A DNA stretch of 64,000 bases from an uncultured Acidobacteriota bacterium (GTDB lineage Bacteria > Acidobacteriota > Polarisedimenticolia > J045). Location: positions 64,001-128,000 of the forward strand of contig CAVPCQ010000011.1 in assembly GCA_963702425.1 (NCBI GenBank). The letters are read 5' to 3'. A program made the translations under genes and the position numbers. Below the pieces are notes generated by a model. It saw nothing but the letters and a program-made list of their open reading frames with translations. It was not told the DNA's origin and made no database searches. Shown piece after piece: positions 44,993 through 55,312 of this stretch (the stretch's first letter is position 1; each line of letters begins with the position of its first letter).

Positions 44993-46358
44993 ATGGCCCA
45001 GAAAGCGATCCCGCGCTCCCGCGTGTCGAGCCGATCACTGCAGCGCTTTGTGGCGCTCTGCTGCGTGCTCCTGCTCGCGCCCGGCTCGGGCGTGGCCCTC
45101 GCGCAGCAGGGCGCGCCGGCACCGCAGCCGGCCCAGGCGGCGCCACCGGCGCGGCCGGCGCGGCCGAGGCGCCGGCGATCCCGCCCGACCAGCTCGATGC
45201 GCTGGTGGCTCCGATCGCCCTCTACCCCGACCCGCTCCTGGCCCAGACGCTCGTCGCCTCCACCTATCCGCTCGAGATCATCCAGCTCCAGCAGTGGCTC
45301 GCGAGGAACCCGGGCCTGAAGGACAAGGCGCTGGAGGAGGCGGTCGCGAAGCAGCCCTGGGACCCCAGCATCCAGTCGATGGCGGCGGTCCCCGAGGTGG
45401 TGAAGCGGCTCTCGGAAGACATCCAGTGGACCACGGACCTCGGGAACGCTTTCCTCGCGCAGCAGGCCGACGTCATGGAAGCCGTCCAGCGGATGCGCAA
45501 GAAGGCGGCGGACAAGGGCGCGCTGACGACCAACGAGCAGCAGGTCGTCGAGACGAAAGTGATCGAGCAGAAGACGGTCATCGTCGTCCAGCCCGCGAAT
45601 CCCGAGGTGGTCTACGTCCCGTCCTACAGCCCGACGGTGGTCTACGGGCCGCCGGTCTATCCCTATCCGCCGATCTACTATCCTCCCTACCCGGCGGGCG
45701 GCGCCTTGATCGGCTTCGGCATCGGGGTCGACGTGGGGCGCGGCTTGGGGCGGCTCCTGCTGTGGCTGCGGCTGGGGCGGAAACGACGTCAACATCAACG
45801 TCAACAACAACTTCAACAAGAACACCAACATCAACCGCGGCGGAAACAACAACTGGCAGCACAACCCTCGCACCGCGGGGGCACCCCCTACTCGAACAAG
45901 GCGACGGCAAGCAAGTACGGGGGATCGGCGCGCGGCGGCGCGAGCGATCGGGCGGCGGGCGGCGCCGGGGCGCGTTCCGGCACCGCCGGGGCCATGGACC
46001 GCGGCACGGGCGGCGCGGGATCCCGCACCGGCACGCCGAGCGCCGCGGACCGCGGCACCGGTGGCGCGGGATCGCGCGGCGGCACGCCGAGCACGATGGA
46101 CCGCGGGCACCGGCAGCGCGGGATCCCGTCCCAGCCAGCGCCGGCAGCATGGACCGCGGCGCCGGCGGCGCGTCGGCGGGCGGCGCGCAGGTCGGCAACC
46201 GCAACATTCCGTCGGGCAGCGGATCGAGCGTCAACAGCGGCTTCAGCGGCGGTTCGCGCGGGTACAGCGGGAGCAGCGCCAAGAGCAGCAGCTCGCGCGG
46301 GGCGTCCAGCATGGGTTCGCGAGGCGGCGGCGGCGGCCGTGGCGGCGGCCGGAGGTGA
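44993..46358 (+). CDS. DUF3300 domain secreted protein with Asn- and Gly-rich tail (frameshifts)
   Basis: Signal peptide; LDALVAPIALYPDPLLAQ, WDPS, LGNAFL.Q, VYVPSY.P.VVYG, WQHNP.HRG. Confidence 0.82.
45996..46170 (+). repeat. 51-bp coding tandem repeat, about 3.5 units
   Basis: GGACCGCGG unit starts at 45996, 46047, 46098 and 46151; encodes DRGTGGAGSR.GTPS.. Confidence 0.8.
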
Positions 46359-46363
46359 ATGCG

Positions 46364-47394
46364 ATGAGACCCGGATCGAACGATCGGATTCCCGGCCGGC
46401 TCCTGATCCGCGTCACTCGCCTCGGGCTCTGCCTGGGCGTCGCATGCGCCTTCCCGTTGCCCCCGGCCTCGCAGGCCGCCGAGCCCGCCAAGCCGGCCCA
46501 GGGACCCGGCGATCCAGCAGCGGACCTTCGACACCCCCGAGAAGGCGAGCGACGCGTTGATCCTCGCCGCGGAGCGATACGACACCGCGGCCATGAAGGC
46601 GATCCTCGGACCGGAGGGCGTGGACCTCGTGACCACCGAGGACGCGGTCCAGTCGGAGAACCTGAGCAAGGCCTTCGCGGCGCAGGCCGAGAGAGAAGAC
46701 CGCGGTCGAGGTCGATCCACTGGACCCGAACGTCGCCATCCTCTCGGTGGGACCCGAGGACTGGCCGCTGCCGATCCCGATCGTCAGGGAGGGGGGCAAG
46801 TGGCGGTTCAACACCGCGGCGGGACGCCAGGAGATCCTCTACCGCCGCATCGGGCGGAACGAGCTGGACGCCATCCAGGTGTGCCTCGGGTTCGTCGAGG
46901 CGCAACAGGAATACGCCCTGACGAAGCACGACGGCGCACTGGTGAATCAGTACGCCCAGCGTGTCATCAGCACGCCCGGGAAGCAGGATGGCCTGGCGTG
47001 GCAGGCCGCGGACGGGACGTGGCAGGGACCGGTCGCCGAAGGGGTCGCCCGGATCATCGCCGAGGGCTACACCGACCGACGCGAACCCTTCCACGGCTAC
47101 TACTACAAGGTCCTGAAGGGCCAGGGTCCCGCCGCACCGCTGGGCGAGATGGACTTCCTCGTGAAGGGGGCGATGATCGGCGGCTTCGCACTCGTCGCCG
47201 CACCGGCGGACTACGAGGTCAGCGGCGTGATGACGTTCATCGTGAGCCACGACGGCATCGTCTACCAGAAGGACGTCGGACCGAAGTCGGTCGACGAGTT
47301 CCGCGCGATGGAGCGCTACAACCCGGATTCGAGCTGGACCCCGGTCTTCGGCCAGTACCCGGCGCGGCCGCATCTGAGATACCCCACGCGATGA
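46364..47394 (+). CDS. DUF2950 domain protein (frameshifts)
   Basis: FDTPE.A, WPLPIPIV, RRIGRNEL, YAQR..STPGK.DGL.W, PFHGYYYKVL, GFALVA.PA.Y..SGVMTF, VYQKD.G. Confidence 0.85.
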
Positions 47395-48329
47395 AGCGCA
47401 GCCGGGGAGCACGGCCGCGGTGGCGACCCGGGCTGGTCCTGCTCGGGATCGCCGGAGCGCTCGTCGTACCGGCGGAGTCCCTTGCCCAGGAACTCGAACC
47501 CCGCGCCTACTCCGCCTCGCCGGTCGGGGCCAACTTCGCGGTCCTGGGCTACTCCTGGACCGGCGGCGAGGTGCTGCTGGACCCGTCGCTGCCGGTGAGC
47601 GACGTCGAGGCGCGGATCGACAGCCTGTCCGCCGGATACTCGCGGACCTTCGGGATCGCCGGACGCGCGGCGAGCATCGCGGTGGCCGTGCCTTGGTTCT
47701 GGGGCACGATGAGCGGAGAGGTCGGCGAGGAACGGCGGGCGATCGAGCGCGTCGGCCCGGGCGACGTGCGGCTCCGGTTCGCGGCCAACCTGGTCGGCGG
47801 GCCCGCGCTGTCCCCGGCCGAGTTCGCGGCGCGACCGCAGCGGACCACGCTCGGAGCCAGCCTCACCGTCGTCGCCCCGACGGGAGAATACGACGCCACG
47901 AAGCTGGTCAACATCGGCTCGAACCGCTGGTCGTTCCGGCCCGAACTGGGGGTCTCGATCCCGCTCGGGAAGTGGTTTTTCGAGACGGCAGCCGGGGTCT
48001 GGCTGTTCGCCGACAACGACGATTTTTTCGGCGGGTTCAGGCGCGAGCAGGACCCCCTCGTCCTGCTCCAGGCGCACGGCGGCTACCAGTTCCGGCCGGG
48101 CTTCTGGATCGCCGCCGACGCGAACTACTACCGGGGCGGGACCACCACGGTCGACGGGGTCGCGAAGAACGACCTTCAGGCCAACTCGCGCTACGGCCTG
48201 ACGCTGTCGGTCCGGCTGGGGAAGGGCCTCTCGGCCAAGCTGGCCGTCGCCGACGGACTGACCACCCGGGTCGGCGGCGACTTCCAGACGATCGGGGTGG
48301 CCCTCCAGTACCTCTGGATGGACCGCTGA
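47391..48329 (+). CDS. MetA/phenol-degradation-type outer-membrane beta-barrel transporter
   Basis: Signal peptide, QELEPRAY..SPVG.N, GPGD, APTGEYD..KLVNIG.NRW; ATGA overlap with DUF2950. Confidence 0.78.
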   Translation: MKRSRGARPRWRPGLVLLGIAGALVVPAESLAQELEPRAYSASPVGANFAVLGYSWTGGEVLLDPSLPVSDVEARIDSLSAGYSRTFGIAGRAASIAVAVPWFWGTMSGEVGEERRAIERVGPGDVRLRFAANLVGGPALSPAEFAARPQRTTLGASLTVVAPTGEYDATKLVNIGSNRWSFRPELGVSIPLGKWFFETAAGVWLFADNDDFFGGFRREQDPLVLLQAHGGYQFRPGFWIAADANYYRGGTTTVDGVAKNDLQANSRYGLTLSVRLGKGLSAKLAVADGLTTRVGGDFQTIGVALQYLWMDR

Positions 48330-48392
48330 AGCCGGCCTCCGACCCGGGCCTCATCTCTCCAATGCGTCGCCTCGCCGGGGAGGGTCGTCCGG

Positions 48393-48806
48393 TCAGACCA
48401 GCCCCGCGTCCTCCAGCTCTGCCGCGAGGTCGGGCCCCATTCGCTTTGGCCGCCGGAAGAACCACGGCTGCCGCGCCGGATCGTGCGCCTCCTCGGCCGC
48501 GATCTCCTCGCCCCACAGCGGTGCTCCGGTCGGCAGCGTGCCGGCGAGAAAACGCCGGTCGGCCTCCGCGACCTGCGCCGAGACCGCGGTCCGTGCGGCG
48601 TCGGGCGCCACCGCCAGCGCACCGGCGAGGATGTCGCGCAGGTCCATGTCGTTGAGCCAGTCGTCGAGCGTCAGGTCGTAGCTGTCCTCGAGCGCGTCGG
48701 CGATCGCCTCCCAGCGGTCGGCCAGTCCGGCGAGGCCTCCATCGACCAGTCGCGACGCGACGCCGCGCTCTGCCAGGTACTCCGTAACCGGGTCGTCGGG
48801 GATCAT
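48393..48806 (-). CDS. hypothetical acidic protein, putative immunity protein
   Basis: MIPDDPV..W...SY..TLDDWLNDMDLR..ADRRF..T..WFFRRP; ATGA overlap with the upstream gene. Confidence 0.65.
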   Translation of the reverse strand: MIPDDPVTEYLAERGVASRLVDGGLAGLADRWEAIADALEDSYDLTLDDWLNDMDLRDILAGALAVAPDAARTAVSAQVAEADRRFLAGTLPTGAPLWGEEIAAEEAHDPARQPWFFRRPKRMGPDLAAELEDAGLV

Positions 48807-49251
48807 CGTCTCTGCCTTTTCGCCTGGCGTTGGAAGTAGCGCTCGCCGTCGTTCGAGATGAAGAGGGTACGGATCACGCCGTCCCGCTCGAAGGCGAGGA
48901 AGGCGCCGGAGGCGCGGTCGAAGCGCGTGATCACGCCGTCGTCGCGCACGATCTCGCGCACGTCGCCGCCGGCCGGTCGGTCGCGCAGCGCCTGCGCCAG
49001 CGCGAGGTACTCCTGCGGCGAGGCGGCGCGGAACTCGGCGCCGTGCTTGGCGAAGTGCTCGGCCAGCGCGCGCGGGGTGCGGAAGCCGATCGCCTCGCGC
49101 CCCGCGACCTGCAGCGAAGCCCGGCGCGGGGGATGGCGCGGCGGCGGGCTGGGCGGCAGGGTCCCGGGGACGCCTGCTGCGGCGCGGGGCCGGCGTCGCA
49201 CCCGACGAGCAGGAGCGCGAGCGCGGCCAGCCATCGGACCCGGGGGCGCAT
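48803..49251 (-). CDS. lipoprotein with toxin-RNase-like C-terminal domain (frameshifted linker)
   Basis: MRPRVRWLAALALLLVGC lipobox, Pro/Ala linker, then FR...L.EHF.KHG.EF..EY...DG.IRTLF...G.RYF.RQ. Confidence 0.62.
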
Positions 49252-49344
49252 CGACCACCGGATCGTGCGTCTGGCCTGCGCACGGGTCAAGCGCGTCGCG
49301 CCTCCGCCTCGCCCGCCCGTCCCGTCCCGCGGTACCCTCCGCGC

Positions 49345-49804
49345 GTGCATCCCGTTCCCCCGCCCCGCATCGCGCCCGGCGCGCTCCTCCTGGCGCTGAT
49401 CGCTTCCGCCACGTTGCCGCTCGCCGGTTGCGTCGGCGGTGACGTCGGATGACCGACCGCCCCCTCCGCTCATGTCCCTCGAGGCACCCCGGGGGGAGGT
49501 CCACGCCACGCCGGACCTGTTCGCCTGGCAGCCGGTCACCGGGGCCGCGAGCTACCGGGTGACGATCGGCGATGCCGACACGGTCTGGCCCCTCGTCGTG
49601 GCAACGACCACCGAAGCGCGGTTGCCGCTGCCCCCCGAGAAGCGCGGCGCGATCCTCCGCGGCCGGATCCACGAGTGGTCGGTCGAGGCATTGGACGTGC
49701 GGGGCGCCACGATCGGTTCCGGCACGGTACGCTTCTGGGTCGATCGCGGTGCGCCCGGCTCGTCGACGAACTCGCCCGGCGGGGGCAGTACACCAGGACC
49801 GTAG
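49345..49804 (+). CDS. hypothetical lipoprotein, beta-sandwich (Fn3/Ig-like); frameshift near 49432
   Basis: Lipobox LAGC; F.WQPVTGAASYRVTI...W.VEALD pattern. Confidence 0.55.
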
Positions 49805-49889
49805 CGCCGATCCGGAAGGCCTCGCGCCCGGGATGCCCGCCGGAAGCGCGCCACGGCGGTAGAATGAAATCGGCGAAAGGGGGGTCACG

Positions 49890-50096
49890 ATGGCGATCCG
49901 AATCGACCTCTCCGACGACGAAGCCACGTTCCTGCGCGAGATCGTGGAGTGGCGGCTGAAGGCGCTGCCGCTCGAGATCGCGCACACCGACCACGCCCCC
50001 TACCGCGAACTGCTGCGCGACGAGGCCGACGCGCTCGAGCACGTCCTGGACCGGATCGTGCACGCCGCCGCGCCGGCGCCCGTGCACGGGCTCTAG
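49890..50096 (+). CDS. small hypothetical helical protein
   Basis: Upstream TAGAAT and purine-rich RBS; LS.DE...L..EI.HTD...Y.E.L helical-hairpin pattern. Confidence 0.65.
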   Translation: MAIRIDLSDDEATFLREIVEWRLKALPLEIAHTDHAPYRELLRDEADALEHVLDRIVHAAAPAPVHGL

Positions 50097-50162
50097 CGCA
50101 CGTCGCGGACGGGACGGGGGGTGGGCCCGGCGCGACGCGCCGTGGAGTAAGCTGGTTCTATC

Positions 50163-51365
50163 ATGTCGATCCTCACCTCCCGCACCGTTCGCCGCATCGC
50201 GATCGTCCTGCTCCTGTTCGCCGCGGCCGTCGCGCTGCGCTACACCGTCTTCCGGACCGATCCCGTCCCGGTGACCGTCGCCCGCATCGCAACGGGCCGG
50301 GTCGAGCAGACGGTGACCAACAGCAAGGCCGGCACCGTGCAGACACGGCAGCGCGCGTCGCTCAGTCCCGAGATGGGCGGCCTCGTGGTCGAACTGCCGG
50401 CCCGCAAGGGGAGCCGCGTCGCGGCCGGCGAGGTCGTGCTACGCCTCTCCGACGCCGACTTCCGGGCCCAGGTCGCGTTGCAGGAGCGCTCGCTCGAGGC
50501 GGTCCAGGCCGCCGCAAATGAGGCCTGCCTGACCGCCGAGCAGGCGATGCGCGACGATGTGCGCTACGACGCGCTGGCTCGCGAGGGGGTGATCTCGGCG
50601 GAGCTTGGTGAGCAGGCGCGGTCGCGGCGCGATGCCGCGGCGGCCGGGTGCGTGGCCTCGCGCGCGCGGATCCGCCAGGCCGAGTCGGCGCTCGCGCTGG
50701 CGCGCGCGCAGCTCGCCAAGACCGTGCTGCGTGCTCCCTTCCCCGGCGTCGTGGCCGAGCTGAAGACGGAGCTGGGCGAGTGGATCACGCCGGCGCCGCC
50801 GGGCGTGCCGATTCCGCCCGTGATCGAGCTGATCGCCCCCGAGGAGATCTACATCTCCGCTCCGCTGGACGAGGTCGACGTCGGAAAGGTTCGCCTCGGG
50901 CAGCCGGTGCGGATCACGATGGACGCCTACCCGGGACGGAACTTCCCCGGAAAGGTCGTGCGCGTCGCCCCCTACGTGCTCGACATTCAGGAACAGAACC
51001 GCACCTTCGAGATCGAGGCCGAGTTCGACGACGCAGCGTTTGCCCGCAGCCTGGTGCCGGGCGCGTCGGCCGACGTCGAGGTCATCCTCGACCTCAAGGA
51101 CGGCGTGCTGCGGGTGCCGACCTCGGCGCTGATGGAAGGGGGTCGCGTGCTGGTCGTCGAGAACGACCGGCTCGTCGGCCGGCCGGTGACCACCGGATTG
51201 CGCAACTGGGAGTTCGCCGAGGTGACGAGTGGGCTGTCGGCGGGGGACCGCGTGACCGTCTCGCTGGACCGGATGGAGGTCAAGGAGGGCGCGGCCGTGA
51301 CGATCGCTGCCGAGATCGCTCCTGACGGCCGCGCCTCGGGCCGGTCGAACGGACCGGCGAAGTGA
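50163..51365 (+). CDS. MacA-like periplasmic adaptor (membrane fusion protein)
   Basis: N-terminal TM, lipoyl-like motifs, coiled coil, LRAPFPGVV, EVTSGL..GD.V. Confidence 0.9.
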   Translation: MSILTSRTVRRIAIVLLLFAAAVALRYTVFRTDPVPVTVARIATGRVEQTVTNSKAGTVQTRQRASLSPEMGGLVVELPARKGSRVAAGEVVLRLSDADFRAQVALQERSLEAVQAAANEACLTAEQAMRDDVRYDALAREGVISAELGEQARSRRDAAAAGCVASRARIRQAESALALARAQLAKTVLRAPFPGVVAELKTELGEWITPAPPGVPIPPVIELIAPEEIYISAPLDEVDVGKVRLGQPVRITMDAYPGRNFPGKVVRVAPYVLDIQEQNRTFEIEAEFDDAAFARSLVPGASADVEVILDLKDGVLRVPTSALMEGGRVLVVENDRLVGRPVTTGLRNWEFAEVTSGLSAGDRVTVSLDRMEVKEGAAVTIAAEIAPDGRASGRSNGPAK

Positions 51366-52050
51366 TCGAGCTGTCCCACGTCGAGCGCGTCTACCAGGTC
51401 GGAGACGAGGCGGTCCACGCGCTGCGCGACGTCGACCTGACGATCGAGGCGGGCGAGCATGTCGCGATCATGGGCCCGTCGGGCTCGGGCAAGTCGACCT
51501 TGCTGAACATTCTGGGGGCGCTCGATCGCCCGACGGCGGGAACCTACCGGCTGGACGGCCTGGACGTCGGCGCCTTGGGCGAGGACCGACTGCCGGAGAT
51601 CCGGCGGCACCAGATCGGCTTCGTGTTCCAGTCGTTCCACCTGGTCCCGCGCCTCACCGCCGCGGGGAACGTCGAGCTGCCGATGATCTTCGCCGGGTTG
51701 CCGCGGAAGGAACGCCTCGAGCGGGCCGGCCACGCGCTGGCCGCGGTCGGGCTGATGCCGCGGGCGACGCACCGCCCGGACCAGCTCTCGGGCGGCGAGC
51801 GCCAGCGCACCGCGATCGCGCGCGCGATCGTGATGGGGCCCAAGATCCTGCTCGCCGACGAACCGACGGGGAACCTCGACAGCGCGTCGGGCGGCGAGGT
51901 CATCCGGTTGCTCGAGCGGATGAACGCCGAGGGACTGACCTGATCGTCGTCACCCACGACCCGGCGATCGGCTCGCGCGCGCGGCGCCGCATCCGCCTCG
52001 CCGACGGGCGCGTGGTCGAGGACGTGCGCCAGCCGGGGATGCGCGCATGA
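51362..52050 (+). CDS. ABC transporter ATP-binding protein, LolD/MacB type (frameshift near 51940)
   Basis: [27 protein letters not shown]; VVTHD in the next frame. Confidence 0.9.
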
Positions 52051-53253
52051 AGACCGGCGACCTGCTGCACTTCGCGGCGGGTGCCCTGTCCGGCCACCGC
52101 CTGCGCGCCGGGCTGTCGCTGCTCGGCGTGGCGATCGGCGTCGGCTCGGTGATCCTCCTGACGAGCCTCGGCGAGGGGGCGAGGCGGTACGTCACGGGTG
52201 AGTTCGCGGTCCTGGGGAGCAATCTCCTGATCGTGATCCCCGGGAAGATCGAGACCTCCGGCGCCCCGCCGATCTTCGGCAGCTCGACCAACGACCTGAC
52301 CGTCGAGGATGCCGAGGCGGTCGAGCGGCGGGTTCCCCTCGTGCGGAAGGTCGTGCCGCTGGTGGTCGTGCTGGCCAAGGCCCAGGTCGATTCCCTCGAG
52401 CGCGACGTGGTCGTCGCCGGCGTCTCGCCGGCCATGAAGGAGGTCCGCAAGATCGCGGTGCCGATGGGACAGTACCTCCCCGACGGGCGACCTCGACCGC
52501 GGGGCGCGGGTCGCGGTCCTCGGCGCGAAGATCAGGAACGAGCTGTTCCCGGGCCGGAACCCGCTCGGGGCCGCGATCCGGCTGGGCGACGAGCGCTTCC
52601 GCGTGATCGGCGTGATGGGACAGCGGGGCACATCGCTGGGCGAGAACCTCGACGAGGTGATCCACATCCCGATCGGCCAGGGACTGAAGATGGCCAACCG
52701 CCGCGGCCTGTTCCGGCTGCTGATCGAGATCACGTCGCACGAGGACGCCGAGGCGGCCAAGGCGCAGGTCCTGGCGGTCCTCAAGGAACGCCACGGCGGC
52801 GTCGAGGACGTGACCGTCCTGACCCAGGACGCGGTCCTCTCGACCTTCAACCGGATCCTCGCGATCCTGACCGCCGCCCTGGCGGGGATCGCGGCGATCT
52901 CGCTCTCGGTGGCCGGGATCGGGATCATGAACGTGATGCTGGTCTCGGTCTCCGAGCGCACGCGGGAGATCGGGCTGCTCAAGGCGCTCGGGGTCACCCG
53001 GCGCCAGGTCGTCGCCGTTTTCCTGGCCGAGGCCGCGATCCTCTCGACGCTCGGCGGCCTGGTCGGCGTGGTGCTGGGGTTCGCGCTGGGCCGCGCCGTG
53101 ATCCTCGTCTTCCCGGACTACCCGGTCGCGGCGCCGGCCTGGGCGGTCGCCGCGGCGATCGGGGTCTCGGTCGCCGTCGGCCTCGTCTTCGGCGTGCTGC
53201 CGGCACGGCGCGCGGCGGGGCTCGATCCCGTCGCGGCGCTCGCGGGGAGGTGA
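52047..53253 (+). CDS. MacB-like ABC permease (frameshift near 52485)
   Basis: [39 protein letters not shown]. Confidence 0.88.
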
Positions 53254-54455
53254 GCGTGAGCCTGGCCGACCTGCTGCGGCTGGCGTGGGGATCGATCGCG
53301 GCCCACCGCCTGCGCTCCGGCCTGACGATGCTCGGGATCACGATCGGGATCGCCTCGGTCATCCTGCTGACCTCGATCGGCGAAGGGACGCGGGTCTTCA
53401 TTCTCAGCGAGTTCTCGCAGTTCGGCACCAACCTGCTCGCGGTCCACCCGGGCAACGTGCGGACCACCGGCGTCCCGGGCTCGATCGTCGCGACCCAGCG
53501 CAAGCTGACGGTCGAGGACGGCGAGGCGCTGCTGCGCGTGCCGGGCGTCGAGAAGATCGTGCCGCTGGCGATCGGCCAGGCCCGCGTCGAGGCCGGCAGC
53601 CGTGGCCGCTCGGTCTACGTCTACGGCGTCAACCACGCGGTCCCCGCGGTCTGGAAGTTCAAGATCCGCCACGGCCGCTTCCTGCCCGAGGAGGACCCGC
53701 GGCGCGGCTCGGCGGTGACGGTGCTCGGCCCGAAGCTCAAGCAGGAGCTGTTCGGCGACGACAACCCGCTGGGCGAGTACGTGCGGATCGGCGGCGAGCG
53801 CTTCCAGGTGATCGGCCTGCTCGAGCCGAAGGGGCGCTTTCTCAGCTTCGACCTCGACGACACCGCCTACATCCCGGTCGGCCGGGCGCTCAAGCTGTTC
53901 AACCGCGACGAGCTGGTCGAGGTCGACGTCCTCTTCTCCGCGGGCCTCGACGCCGCGGGCGTCGCACGCGGCGTCAAGGACCTGCTGATCGCGCGCCACG
54001 GCGAGGAGGACTTCGACGTCGTCACCCAGGACGAGATGCTCGGCGTACTCGACCGCGTGCTGGGGATCGTCAGCGCGGCCGTCGGCGGGATCGGCGCGAT
54101 CTCGCTCGTCGTCGGCGCGATCGGGATCCTGACCATGATGTGGATCGCGGTCAACGAGCGGACCGCCGAGATCGGGCTGGCCAAGGCGCTGGGCGGAACG
54201 CCGGGCCAGATCCAGGCGCTGTTCCTGGTCGAGGCCGGGATGCTCTCGCTGCTGGGCGGGGTGCTCGGCGTGGCGGCCGGGCTCGGCACCGCGCGGCTGC
54301 TGCAGGTGGTGCTGCCCGATCTTCCGGTGCGGACGCCGCCGGGCTACGTCGCCGCCGCGCTGGTCGTGAGCCTCGCGGTCGGCCTGGCGAGCGGGGTGAT
54401 GCCGGCCCGGCGCGCGGCGCGCCTCGACCCGATCGAGGCCCTGCACGCCGAGTAG
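53250..54455 (+). CDS. MacB-like ABC permease, second subunit
   Basis: LTMLGITIGI, ERTAEIG, PARRAARLDPIEAL. Confidence 0.88.
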   Translation: MSVSLADLLRLAWGSIAAHRLRSGLTMLGITIGIASVILLTSIGEGTRVFILSEFSQFGTNLLAVHPGNVRTTGVPGSIVATQRKLTVEDGEALLRVPGVEKIVPLAIGQARVEAGSRGRSVYVYGVNHAVPAVWKFKIRHGRFLPEEDPRRGSAVTVLGPKLKQELFGDDNPLGEYVRIGGERFQVIGLLEPKGRFLSFDLDDTAYIPVGRALKLFNRDELVEVDVLFSAGLDAAGVARGVKDLLIARHGEEDFDVVTQDEMLGVLDRVLGIVSAAVGGIGAISLVVGAIGILTMMWIAVNERTAEIGLAKALGGTPGQIQALFLVEAGMLSLLGGVLGVAAGLGTARLLQVVLPDLPVRTPPGYVAAALVVSLAVGLASGVMPARRAARLDPIEALHAE

Positions 54456-54457
54456 TG

Positions 54458-55312
54458 TCACTTCGACTTCTTCTTCTCCTTCGGCTTCACGGACTGCCCC
54501 GTCGCCTTCTCGTAGCGCTTGAGCGCCTCGGGCATGTCCTGCTTCAGCCGCTCGATCCGCTGCTCGTCGGAAGGGTGGGTGCTCAGGAAGACCGGCGGCT
54601 TCCCCGCGCCCTTCGCGGCCGCGGCCATCCGCTGCCAGAGGCCGATCGAGGCTCGCGGATCGTAGCCCGCGATCGCCATGAAGTTGATCCCCATCCTGTC
54701 GGCCTCGCTCTCCTGGGCGCGGCTGAACGGCAGCAGGATCCCGACCGTACTCCCGGCGCCGAAGGCGGCCATGGCCAGCGCCTGCGTCTCGGCCGACTTG
54801 GTCGACAGCGCCACCCCCAGCGCCACGCCGCCGAGCTGGGTCGCCAGCTGCTGGCTCATCCGCTCGGCGCCGTGCTGGGCGATCGCGTGCGCCACCTCGT
54901 GCCCCATCACGACCGCCAGACCGGTCTCGTCCTGGGTGATCGGCAGGAGGCCGCTGTAGACCACGACGCGCCCGCCCGGCATGCACCAGGCGTTGACCGC
55001 CTTGTCGTCGACCAGGTGGAACTGCCAGTCGTACCCCTTGAGGAGGTCGGCGTACTCGTGCTTCACCATGTAGCTCTCCACCGCCGCCTGGATCCGGTGG
55101 CCGACGCGCTCGACCGAGGCGGCGTCGGGGGTACCCTGGACCGGAGGGTTCTTCGCGAGGAACTTGCCGTACTCGGTGGCGGCGAGCCCGTTGATCTCGG
55201 TGCCGGAGACCAGGCTCAGCTGCTTGCGACCGGTCATCGGCACGGTCGCGCAGCCGGCGAGAATCAAGATGGCGACGAGCAGGGTCAGCGGGTGAATGGT
55301 CGCCCGTCTCAT
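54458..55312 (-). CDS. M48 family zinc metallopeptidase lipoprotein
   Basis: Lipobox LAGC, NAWCMPGG, HEVAH, ESEAD, STHP. Confidence 0.92.
   Translation of the reverse strand: MRRATIHPLTLLVAILILAGCATVPMTGRKQLSLVSGTEINGLAATEYGKFLAKNPPVQGTPDAASVERVGHRIQAAVESYMVKHEYADLLKGYDWQFHLVDDKAVNAWCMPGGRVVVYSGLLPITQDETGLAVVMGHEVAHAIAQHGAERMSQQLATQLGGVALGVALSTKSAETQALAMAAFGAGSTVGILLPFSRAQESEADRMGINFMAIAGYDPRASIGLWQRMAAAAKGAGKPPVFLSTHPSDEQRIERLKQDMPEALKRYEKATGQSVKPKEKKKSK

Noticed and set aside
45996-46170. 51-bp repeats as a CRISPR array
   Set aside because: In-frame coding repeats with no unique spacers.
51938-51946. In-frame TGA in the ABC ATPase as selenocysteine or readthrough
   Set aside because: The conserved VVTHD continues in another frame; one missing C explains it.
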